Shown here: piece by piece, positions 1-7,512 of the stretch
Position numbering within the stretch: the stretch's first letter is position 1
How the letters are laid out: the number at the start of each line of letters is the position of its first letter
Source: Desulfobulbus propionicus DSM 2032
GTDB lineage: Bacteria > Desulfobacterota > Desulfobulbia > Desulfobulbales > Desulfobulbaceae
Assembly (NCBI RefSeq): GCF_000186885.1
Contig: NC_014972.1
Location: forward strand, 1,800,001 to 1,832,000
DNA length: 32,000 nt
Reading direction: 5' to 3'
Notes under the pieces: generated by a model
Seen by the model: the letters and a program-made list of their open reading frames with translations, nothing else
What the model was told of the DNA's origin: nothing
Database searches by the model: none
Program-made: the position numbers and the translations under genes

Positions 1-147
1 ATCATCAATATCAAGGGCTTGGTGGCGGAGATCGAAACACTGCTGGGCGGGGAGATGGTCTGCGCGGACTGGTCGTTGGGGCATACCATCCAGAAGGGAC
101 GGTCGCTGCACTGCATCCCGCTGACCATCAAGCTGCGCGAAGGGTAA
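1..147 (+). CDS. 3' end of an unidentified CDS entering from upstream (partial)
   Basis: Frame 1 is open from base 1 to TAA at 145-147 (IINIKGLVAEIETLLGGEMVCADWSLGHTIQKGRSLHCIPLTIKLREG*). Composition is host-like. No family can be recognised from 48 aa. Confidence 0.4.
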   Translation: MINIKGLVAEIETLLGGEMVCADWSLGHTIQKGRSLHCIPLTIKLREG

Positions 148-197
148 AGGCCTGATCGTTTCTTCGGCGGAGTCGCGACGGCCGATAACGGGGCTGT

Positions 198-1196
198 TTA
201 GTTGACCGCGACCTGGGCGCGACCGTTGGCCTTGGCCTGGTAGAGGATGTCGTCGGCCCGTTCCAGCCAGGCATCGAGCTGCATGCCGCTTTTCCATTCG
301 GACAGGCCGATGCTGACCGCCAGGCGCCCGGCCTGGGTGACGATGTTGAGTTCTTCCACGGCCTGGCACAACCGTTCGGCCAGGAAACGGGCATCCTCCA
401 TGGCGGTATCGGGAAGGACGAGCAGGAATTCGTCGCCGCCCATGCGCACCAGCAGGTCGGAGAGCCGGATCTGACGCTGCAGCACCTCGGCCACCTGTTT
501 GAGGACCTGATCGCCCATCAGATGCCCCATGGTGTCGTTGACCGCCTTGAAGTGGTCCAGATCCAGGGCCGCCAGAGTCAACGGCCGGCCATGGCGGTTG
601 GCCTGCTCGACGATTGCCCCGATCCGCTCCTCGAAGACAAAACGGTTGGGCAGACCGGTGAGGCTGTCCTTGCGGGCCTGGGCAAAGATCTCTTCATACT
701 CGATCGCCCGTTTGAGCGGATCGGCGAGAATCATCAGTGATTCGTCGATGAACTGCAATTCGTCCTCGGTCAGCGGCTTGCCCTTGCGCAGCATCACCAG
801 CAGCCCGTAGCAGTCGGTGGAGTTGAAGGCCCATTTATGCACATGAAAGCCATCGGCCCGCACCATGGGCGGTTGAGCGTCCTGCTCCAAAACTTCCTGG
901 GCCAATTGAATGGCCTGCCGCCGCTGCGGCCCATGATAGGAACAAAACATGTGCATCCGCTTCCGGCCGGGGTTGTGGTAGCCGATCAGTTCATGTCCGA
1001 CAAACTCCATCAACCAGATCGAGTAGGCCTCGATCATGGCCGGCAGATCGAGAATGCCCGCCATCCGTTGATACAGCGTATTGATCTTGCGCAATTTTTC
1101 CGATTGCTGCCGATAATGGCTCAGCTCGGACAACAGATTTTCCATGGTGGCGGCAATTTGAACATCGACCTGCTCATCAAGGGATTTCAATTCCAT
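198..1196 (-). CDS. Diguanylate cyclase, GAF-like sensor domain plus GGDEF domain
   Basis: The C-terminal half carries canonical GGDEF-domain motifs: LTGLPNR, DLDHFKAVNDTMGH, RMGGDEFLLVLPDT. An RxxD I-site (RLSD) lies 5 aa before GGDEF. The ORF is open to 1361, but the ATG at 1196 (MELKSLDEQ...) starts the conserved part, so the start is uncertain. Confidence 0.85.
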   Translation of the reverse strand: MELKSLDEQVDVQIAATMENLLSELSHYRQQSEKLRKINTLYQRMAGILDLPAMIEAYSIWLMEFVGHELIGYHNPGRKRMHMFCSYHGPQRRQAIQLAQEVLEQDAQPPMVRADGFHVHKWAFNSTDCYGLLVMLRKGKPLTEDELQFIDESLMILADPLKRAIEYEEIFAQARKDSLTGLPNRFVFEERIGAIVEQANRHGRPLTLAALDLDHFKAVNDTMGHLMGDQVLKQVAEVLQRQIRLSDLLVRMGGDEFLLVLPDTAMEDARFLAERLCQAVEELNIVTQAGRLAVSIGLSEWKSGMQLDAWLERADDILYQAKANGRAQVAVN

Positions 1197-1455
1197 GGCA
1201 TTCACTGAGGGGTGATAATTCCGTCGGGTGTGGAGCGATTCCGGTTGCCTCGACGCGCAGCCCAAGGCCTGCGGGGAGAACCATATGGAAAGAGTTAAGC
1301 GAATTGCATGCCTGTTTTGCTGAAATGTATTTTTTGTATGTAACATTAAAAGATTACCCACAGATAACGAATTCGGCGATCCTCTGCAAGCTGTTCATCG
1401 GGCGATTAGTCAGAATTTCGACAGTTGAGGTGAGGCGAGGGAAAAGGAGGGAACG

Positions 1456-2520
1456 GTGCCAGGAAAAATGACGATCGGCCAGATGTTCGTGGTCGGCTTT
1501 CGCGGCTGTGACATCGGCGCCAATGCTTGGCTTGTCGAGGCCATTGCCCGCGACGGCCTGGGCGGGGTAATCCTCTTTGACCGCAATGTCGACCGTTCGG
1601 TGCAGAACATCGAGTCGCCCGAACAGTTGCGGCGGTTGACCGCCGGCTTGCAACAGCAAGCCCGCACGCCGTTGTTCATCGCCGTTGATCAGGAAGGGGG
1701 CCGGGTTTGCCGGTTGAAGGAGCGGGACGGTTTTTTGCCCTCGCATTCCGCCGCCGAGCTGGCTGCGCTGGGTATCGAGGCCACCGCCCATCATGCCGAT
1801 ATTCTGGCGGAGGAACTGGCGGCCTGCGGCATCAACCTCAATTTCGCGCCGGTGGTCGATCTCGATCTCAATCCGGACAATCCGATCATCGGCCGTTACC
1901 AGCGGAGTTTCGGCGCCGATCCGGCCACGGTGGCCAGCCATGCCCGCGTCTTCGTCGAGGCCCATCACCGCCACGGTGTCGGCTGCTGTCTCAAGCATTT
2001 TCCCGGCCACGGCAGCGCCGGCAACGATTCCCACCTCGGTTTTGTCGACATCAGCGCCTGCTGGCGGACAGTGGAGCTGGACCCCTACCGGCAGCTGCTG
2101 GCCGCCGGCTATGGTGACGGGATCATGACAGCCCATCTGGTCAACCGTCGCCTCGACTCCTCCGGCTTGCCGGCCACCCTGTCCGCGTCGGTGATCGACG
2201 AGCTGTTGCGCCGCGAACTCGGCTTTGACGGAGTGGTGTTCAGCGACGATCTGCAGATGCGGGCGATCAGCAACGGCTGGAGCACGGCGGAGGCGGTACA
2301 GCGGGCGGTGCTCGCCGGGGTCGACGTGCTGGTGATCGGCAATAATCTCACCCCCCGGGACGACGCGTTCCGGGCGGGCGTCGACGCCATCGAGCAGTTG
2401 CTTGACAGCGGCCGGATCGATGGGCAACGTATCGAGCGGTCCCTGGCGCGTATCGCCCGATTCAAGGAACAACTCACAGGAAAACAACCATGGAACTCGA
2501 CCGTCCCACCCACAGCCTGA
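1456..2520 (+). CDS. nagZ: Beta-N-acetylhexosaminidase (glycoside hydrolase family 3, NagZ-type)
   Basis: GH3 N-terminal domain signatures are present: FVVGFRG, AVDQEGGRV, KHFPGHGS..DSH. AGGAGG lies about 6 nt upstream of the GTG at 1456. An alternative ATG is at 1468. Confidence 0.85.
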   Translation: MPGKMTIGQMFVVGFRGCDIGANAWLVEAIARDGLGGVILFDRNVDRSVQNIESPEQLRRLTAGLQQQARTPLFIAVDQEGGRVCRLKERDGFLPSHSAAELAALGIEATAHHADILAEELAACGINLNFAPVVDLDLNPDNPIIGRYQRSFGADPATVASHARVFVEAHHRHGVGCCLKHFPGHGSAGNDSHLGFVDISACWRTVELDPYRQLLAAGYGDGIMTAHLVNRRLDSSGLPATLSASVIDELLRRELGFDGVVFSDDLQMRAISNGWSTAEAVQRAVLAGVDVLVIGNNLTPRDDAFRAGVDAIEQLLDSGRIDGQRIERSLARIARFKEQLTGKQPWNSTVPPTA

Positions 2521-2915
2521 TGATCGGCTACATCGCCTGGTTGTTCGGCTTCATCGGCGCCCATCGCTTCTACTACGGCAAGCCGATCTCCGGCACGATC
2601 TACTTTTTCACCCTCGGCATCTTTTTCATCGGCTGGATCGTCGACCTCTTTCTCATTCCCAGCATGGACCGCGAGGCGGAAATCCGCTACATCCCCGGGC
2701 CGATCGACTACAATGTCGCCTGGTTGCTGCTGGTTTTTCTTGGCATGTTCGGCGTTCACCGCCTCTACATGGGCAAGGTCTGGACCGGTATTCTCTACAT
2801 GCTGACCTTTGGTTTGTGCGGCCTAGGGTATATCTACGACATGTGGACCCTGAATGACCAGCTCACCCTGATCAACGGCCAATCCGGCGGCAATCGGACC
2901 CTACGCAGCGCCTGA
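2490..2915 (+). CDS. TM2 domain-containing membrane protein (two TM2-like repeats)
   Basis: Two copies of the TM2 pattern are present: WLFGFIGAHRFYYGK...GWIVD and VFLGMFGVHRLYMGK...GYIYD. With the 2490 start it overlaps nagZ by 31 nt. An alternative start at 2520 forms a TGATG stop-start junction with nagZ. Confidence 0.75.
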   Translation: MELDRPTHSLMIGYIAWLFGFIGAHRFYYGKPISGTIYFFTLGIFFIGWIVDLFLIPSMDREAEIRYIPGPIDYNVAWLLLVFLGMFGVHRLYMGKVWTGILYMLTFGLCGLGYIYDMWTLNDQLTLINGQSGGNRTLRSA

Positions 2916-2923
2916 CGGCTCGC

Positions 2924-3682
2924 TCAGGCGGCCGGCCGGGTGAAAACCAGCTGTCGGTTCGTTGACAGGTCCGGGCGAAACCCATACCCGCCGCCGGTGA
3001 AGGCGGTGATCCCCTCCGGTCGGTCGATCCGCTGACGGATAAGGAAGGCAGCCATCATCCCCCGTGCCCGTTTAGCGTGAACAGCCATGATTTTCAGTTT
3101 GCCCGCCCCTTCCTCCTTGAACTGGATGTCAATCCAGGGCGCGCGCAGCCGGTTCTTGTCCACGGCCTTGGCGTATTCGTGCGAAGCCAGGTTGATCAGC
3201 AGGGGATGTGGTTCACGCGCCAACTGCCGGTTCAGTTCATCGGTGATCCGTTTTCTCCAGAACGCGTACAGATGCTTGCCGTGCTCGTTGCGCACGGCGT
3301 AGCCCATCTCCAGACGATGGGGCTGAATCAGGTCCAGGGGCCGGAGGAGTCCGTACAGGCCGGAAAGGATGCGCAGCCGCTGTTGGGCTGCGTGCAGATC
3401 ATCGGCGGAGAACTCCGCTGCTCCCAGACTGCGATAGGCCTCGCCGTCGTAGGCCAGCAGGGCCGGTTTGCCGCCGTCTGCCGCAAACCCATGGAACTGG
3501 GCCATGGTCCGTTCGGCCAGGGACTGACTGACATCCATCAGTGCGCGCAGGCTAACCAGATCGTACTGGCGCAGCAGGGTGACCAGCTCTTCCGCCTGCG
3601 CCCAAAAGATCGGCCGGGTCGAAGGCAGGGGGCAAGGGGCGGGGCTGAAATCCTGTCCCTTGGAGGAATTGATGATGATCAT
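2924..3682 (-). CDS. yaaA: YaaA-family (UPF0246/DUF328) peroxide stress protein
   Basis: The N-terminus (MIIINSSKGQDF), overall length (252 aa) and internal blocks (RILSGLYGLLRPLD, INLASHEY) are typical of YaaA. Confidence 0.8.
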   Translation of the reverse strand: MIIINSSKGQDFSPAPCPLPSTRPIFWAQAEELVTLLRQYDLVSLRALMDVSQSLAERTMAQFHGFAADGGKPALLAYDGEAYRSLGAAEFSADDLHAAQQRLRILSGLYGLLRPLDLIQPHRLEMGYAVRNEHGKHLYAFWRKRITDELNRQLAREPHPLLINLASHEYAKAVDKNRLRAPWIDIQFKEEGAGKLKIMAVHAKRARGMMAAFLIRQRIDRPEGITAFTGGGYGFRPDLSTNRQLVFTRPAA

Positions 3683-3700
3683 GGCGACACTCCGATTGAT

Positions 3701-4615
3701 TCAGGGGCAGCACAACACCTGATTGCCGCCGGCCGCCTTGGCTTGCATCAGGCAGCGGCTGGCAATCAGCAGCAGGTCGTCCGGAGAGGCGTTGCGCTCG
3801 GCGATCTCCGGGGTGAATCCGGCCACCCCGAAACTGGCGGTGCAGCTGACCAGATGGCCGTTCGCCGCACAGTTGAGACCAGCGAACCGTTCGCGCAGCC
3901 GGCTGGCCACCAGGGCGCCGCCACGGATGGGCGTTTCCGGGAGGACCAGCAGGAATTCGTCCTCGCCCCAACGGGTGATGGTGTCGATATCCCGACGAAT
4001 GGATTCCATGGCCATGCGGGCGAATCCGGCCAGGATCTGATCGCCGACGCGGTGGCCCAAGGACTCGTTGACCCCCTTGAGGCCGTCGATGTCGCAGAGG
4101 ATGACCGCAAGCGGGTGGGTGTAGCGCAACGACCGGCGCAGCTCCTTCTTGAGCAGTTCCTCCAGGTGCGGCCTGCTCAGGCAGCCGGTGAGCGGATCGA
4201 TCACGGTCATCAGGTCGATTCGCTCCCACAATTCCTGTTCCTGCAGGACCAGGCCAAACTGGCGGGCGGTGTCGAGGAGGATGGTGGCCAGGATCTCACC
4301 GGAGGTCGATTCCGGCACCACCCGGAACAGGGAGCGGCTGTTGGCCAGGTGCAGGGCGGCGGGCAGATGATCGTCGGGGACCAGCAGCAAGGGGATGGCC
4401 TGGGTGAGGGTGACCGCCTGGTTGAGAAAATCAAGCAGGCCCATGTCGGGCAGTTCACAAGCCACCAGCATCCCGCACCATTGATCCTCCAGGGCCAATT
4501 GGACCAGCCCCGTCCGGCCGTCGGCGACGGTGATAAACTCGAATTTTCCCGTGAAGTCAGCGGGAAGCTGGGCAATATTCAAACGATGGTTGATAATCAG
4601 GATGCGGTGCGACAT
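3701..4615 (-). CDS. Pseudo-receiver domain plus degenerate GGDEF domain protein (GEDEF, I-site retained)
   Basis: The GGDEF-domain core is present (CDIDGLKGVNESLGHRVGD) but the signature reads RWGEDEF, with the second Gly replaced by Glu. RDID (RxxD) lies 5 aa upstream of it. The N-terminal REC-like fold lacks the acidic pocket (IINHR instead of DD), the Asp acceptor (VACELPDM) and the conserved Lys. Confidence 0.8.
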   Translation of the reverse strand: MSHRILIINHRLNIAQLPADFTGKFEFITVADGRTGLVQLALEDQWCGMLVACELPDMGLLDFLNQAVTLTQAIPLLLVPDDHLPAALHLANSRSLFRVVPESTSGEILATILLDTARQFGLVLQEQELWERIDLMTVIDPLTGCLSRPHLEELLKKELRRSLRYTHPLAVILCDIDGLKGVNESLGHRVGDQILAGFARMAMESIRRDIDTITRWGEDEFLLVLPETPIRGGALVASRLRERFAGLNCAANGHLVSCTASFGVAGFTPEIAERNASPDDLLLIASRCLMQAKAAGGNQVLCCP

Positions 4616-4746
4616 GAAAGACTCCGGAAAACAAGAGGTTGCTTGGCTCGCGCATCATACCATCGGCGACCGCAAATGCGGAGCGGTATTTTCTGTTGGC
4701 AAGCAGGGGCCGACGCGCTATACAGCCCCGGACAAGGAGTGAGAGC

Positions 4747-5010
4747 ATGCAAAACGTCAGTGGCTGCAAGCCGGACATCCAATATCCCTGCCGGTGGCAG
4801 TACCGGTTGATTGGCGAGGACCGGGCTGCCATCATGGCGGCCATCCATGCCTCGGTGGACGTGACAACCTGCGTCATCGCCGAGGGCAACGTCAGTTCCG
4901 GCGGTCGCTATCTCAGTATCAATCTGGAAATCACGGTCGGCGACGAGGCCGAACGGCTGCGGTTGTATCAGTGTTTTGCCGGGCATCCGGCCATACGGGT
5001 AGTGTTATGA
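4747..5010 (+). CDS. DUF493 / YbeD-like small protein
   Basis: 87 aa. The YPCRWQYRLIGED motif is typical of UPF0250/YbeD-like proteins. AAGGAG lies 8 nt upstream of the ATG at 4747. The longer 4639 start lacks support. Confidence 0.7.
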   Translation: MQNVSGCKPDIQYPCRWQYRLIGEDRAAIMAAIHASVDVTTCVIAEGNVSSGGRYLSINLEITVGDEAERLRLYQCFAGHPAIRVVL

Positions 5011-5525
5011 ATCAGGACGCAACAGGCGAACAACCATTGGTCGACAACAAGGTGATCCCGGTGATGCGGGAGGCGATCTTTACCGTGCAGATGCTCCTGT
5101 TCAAGGTGCTGCGCCAAAGCGTTCATGACCGCTACGTCGATCAGGCCGAACCATTCCCTGTCCACCTAGCCGGGGCGGTGGTCAACAACCTGTTCGGCAC
5201 CCAGCCGACAGACCAGGCGGTGGCGGCCTTTGCCGGCGTCAACCGGGAACTGGTCGAACGGGAGTTGCGCGAGCTCTCCAGCCACTGCCAGGAATTGCTC
5301 CCCGTGCTCACCGACGGCCTGCGGATGAAAACCATCTGCGACAACCAGGAGGGCATCCACTCCATTCCCTCGCTGCTCATGGCCAAGGCCCTAGGCATCC
5401 TTCAGGAGGAGCGCGACCTGCCGCTGCCCTCCACCTTCATGCTTCAGGTGCGGGCACTGGCCTCGGCCCATGGGCTCATCGAGCCGATGGAGACGACCCC
5501 GCCGCCCGAAGAATCACCAGCGTAG
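5007..5525 (+). CDS. Hypothetical protein, translationally coupled to the DUF493 gene
   Basis: An ATGA stop-start overlap with the upstream gene occurs at 5007-5010. The 172-aa product looks helical with a Pro/Glu-rich tail. No family was recognised. Confidence 0.5.
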   Translation: MNQDATGEQPLVDNKVIPVMREAIFTVQMLLFKVLRQSVHDRYVDQAEPFPVHLAGAVVNNLFGTQPTDQAVAAFAGVNRELVERELRELSSHCQELLPVLTDGLRMKTICDNQEGIHSIPSLLMAKALGILQEERDLPLPSTFMLQVRALASAHGLIEPMETTPPPEESPA

Positions 5526-5775
5526 CCCCCCAACCGCCGCTGGTCTCGTCGCCCAGACGATACCCGGCCACCATCTCCATCCGATCGAGCAGGGCGTGCA
5601 CCGTGCGCCGCAGGGTGCCGCTGCCCTTGCCGTGGATGATCCGCACCTGCAGGATGCCGTTTTCCCGGCATTCCTGCAGATAGTCAGGAATCAGGGTCTT
5701 GATCTCCGAGGGCCGGAAGGCGTGCAGATCGAGGGTGCCGTCAATGGGCACTTCGATAGGTGGGTCATCGTGCAT
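5476..5775 (-). CDS. Smr (small MutS-related) domain protein
   Basis: The pattern LDLHAFRPSE...VRIIHGKGSGTLRRTVHALL matches the Smr domain. The product is 99 aa. Confidence 0.8.
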   Translation of the reverse strand: MHDDPPIEVPIDGTLDLHAFRPSEIKTLIPDYLQECRENGILQVRIIHGKGSGTLRRTVHALLDRMEMVAGYRLGDETSGGWGATLVILRAAGSSPSAR

Positions 5776-6099
5776 ATCTTATTGTTTTACTCTTTTTTTA
5801 AAGATAGACGGGGCCGAGGTGCTTGCTGCGCGTGGAACATGGAGCGCAAAGCGCGCAGGAGTCCACCTTCGATCCCTCTTGCTTGCTGGGCAATTGTTTC
5901 AGACGATTCTGCCGGCTGACCGGCGCGCGGACCCTTGCCGCCCGTGCATCCCGGCAGGGACGTGGCGACCTTCCTTAAGGAGAGAAAAATAATAGTTGAT
6001 TTTTTCCAAGAGGTTACTGTACACCTGCTGTCTTAGTAATAAACAGGTAAAGCACCGGCTCTACCAGTGGGCTCCCAAAGTTTGACGGGGAGAATTCCC

Positions 6100-6237
6100 A
6101 TGTATGACGAACAGGGCCTAAGCCACACCAAGAAGGATTGCGAGTATCGTGTCGTATGGATACCAAAGTTTCGCAAGAATGCGATCTTCAATGACTTTAG
6201 TTTTCATAAACATGGAGATAGAGACAATTGTGAATGA
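6100..6237 (+). mobile_element. 5' remnant of an IS200/IS605-family tnpA (Y1 transposase) gene
   Basis: GGGGAG lies 8 nt before the ATG at 6100. The translation MYDEQGLSHTKKDCEYRVVWIPKFRKN matches the conserved TnpA N-terminus (SLxHTKWxCKYHxVFxPKYRR). Similarity is lost after about 27 aa, where the AT-rich DNA begins, and the frame stops at 6235-6237. Confidence 0.6.
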
Positions 6238-7006
6238 TAAAATGGTCGTTATATATCAAATGGGAAAAGTAGCTTCATCAACTATCAAAGCAACGTTAGC
6301 TCAGATAAAAGGATTGAATGTTATTCATACTCATCATCTTAGCTCAAATTATACAAGAAATCTGAATAGCATAAAGAGAAAAATGGGTTGGAAAACAACT
6401 ATCTCACCAGAAAGCATTGACGATCTTTACAATAAAATTATTCATGAAAATGAAATTTATATTATATCTCTGGTGAGAGAGCCAATTGGAAGAAATATTT
6501 CAGCTTATTTCCAAAATTTAGATCTAATATTTAAGCAGGATGATGCATATAAAAATATTCCATTCGATCAAGTTTTAGAAGGTTTTTTTACAAAATACCC
6601 ACATTCGATACCAATAACATGGTTTGATAATGAGTTTAATGAAGTGTTAGGGTTTGATATTTATAATCATGATTTTCCGAAGGATGAAGGGGCTGTTATT
6701 ATAAATAATAAAAAATATCATATACTTGTTATGCGTCATGATATTGATGATGAAAAAAAACAAAAATATTTGCAAAAACTATTAAATATTAAAAATATTA
6801 AGATCGTTCGAAAGAATGAGGCTTCTAGTAAATCATATTTTGAAATTTATGCAAAATTTATTGATAAAATTTCATTTTCTGATGATTATATAAATAATAT
6901 GCTTGAATCTAAGTATACAAAGCATTTTTTTAGTATTGATGATATTGAATATTTAAAAAGTAAGTGGATTAAAAATTGTGACATTTCTGCGCAATCACAA
7001 ATCTAA
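6212..7006 (+). CDS. Sulfotransferase-fold protein (family-2-like), AT-rich orphan
   Basis: A 5'-PSB-like loop QMGKVASST lies at about 6263-6283. A 3'-PB-like motif VREPIGRNISAY (RxPxxRxxS) lies at about 6476-6508. The ORF is open from GTG 6149, but that part reads out of frame through the tnpA remnant. ATG 6212 or ATG 6242 is the more likely start. Confidence 0.5.
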   Translation: MEIETIVNDKMVVIYQMGKVASSTIKATLAQIKGLNVIHTHHLSSNYTRNLNSIKRKMGWKTTISPESIDDLYNKIIHENEIYIISLVREPIGRNISAYFQNLDLIFKQDDAYKNIPFDQVLEGFFTKYPHSIPITWFDNEFNEVLGFDIYNHDFPKDEGAVIINNKKYHILVMRHDIDDEKKQKYLQKLLNIKNIKIVRKNEASSKSYFEIYAKFIDKISFSDDYINNMLESKYTKHFFSIDDIEYLKSKWIKNCDISAQSQI

Positions 7007-7085
7007 CAAAGTAAATCATCCGACGTGTTCCAGTCGATTCGTTCCTTATGGCTCGGCTGGTTTACGATATTGGTTTGTCTGAACC

Positions 7086-7456
7086 ATGTCACTAACTCAT
7101 CGTCCTGTCGCCGAGAGCGACATTGAGTGCATTTGCGGCTTTCCGCAAAGTGAGGATGAGCTGTTTTTCTTGTTTCCAGGGGCAACTTCTCGCTGACTGG
7201 ATCGCAGTTGCGCAACGCCATTGCCCAGCGTTCGGCTGCAACGGTGGTCGCGCGCTCATCGAGCGGATGAGTGACGTGGCTTTCTCCAAATACCAGGCCG
7301 CCGAGGTAACAATCTCGTGCTTCAATCAAAACGTTGCCGGCCTGCTGCTGTACGCAAAACTGGGCTTTCGACCTTATGCCGTCGAGTAGCAGAACGACAA
7401 CAAAGGGGAACCGGGTCGCGCTTCTTCACATGCGGTTGCCTGGCAATGCAGCCTGA
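7086..7456 (+). pseudogene. GNAT-family N-acetyltransferase pseudogene (multiple frameshifts plus internal deletion)
   Basis: GNAT-like pieces lie in different frames. MSLTHRPVAESDIECICGFPQSEDELFFLFP is in frame 0 and stops at 7194. FSLTGSQLRNAIAQRSAATVVA is in frame 2. GRALIERM...AAEVTISCFNQNVAGLLLYAKLGFRPYAVE is in frame 1 and stops at 7387. GNRVALLHMRL is in frame 2 and stops at 7454. The acetyl-CoA-binding core seems to be missing. Confidence 0.6.
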
Positions 7457-7512
7457 CGTGCGACCAAGAGCAATATTCCGCAAGCGCAGCGGCCTGGCCG
7501 ACGAGTCTGCGG

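Larger units (their letters stand above)
5985..7460. other. AT-rich insertion and gene-decay zone (probable horizontally acquired DNA)
   Basis: Composition changes abruptly by eye, from over 60% GC flanks to long A/T runs between about 5985 and 7010. The zone contains a transposase remnant, an AT-rich orphan gene and a decayed GNAT gene. Confidence 0.6.

Noticed and set aside
1354-2487. A 377-aa minus-strand ORF opposite nagZ
   Set aside because: nagZ carries clear GH3 motifs, and the antisense translation has none.
3077-4810. A 577-aa plus-strand ORF spanning yaaA and the degenerate-GGDEF gene
   Set aside because: It is antisense to two genes with clear family signatures. The translation is low-complexity and rich in Gly/Ala/Arg/Gln with no recognisable motif. 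This is the typical stop-codon-poor antisense frame of GC-rich DNA.
5855-5885. A T-loop-like TTCGATCC string suggesting a tRNA or tmRNA 3' fragment (possible island attachment site)
   Set aside because: The flanking bases do not form a T-arm stem. No acceptor stem or CCA context could be built on either strand.
5971-7051. A 10-nt near-identical direct repeat (TTCCTTAAGG / TTCCTTATGG) near both edges of the AT-rich zone
   Set aside because: It is only 10 nt with a mismatch. A chance match is plausible in 32 kb, and it does not extend. It is mentioned in the island finding but not called an att site.
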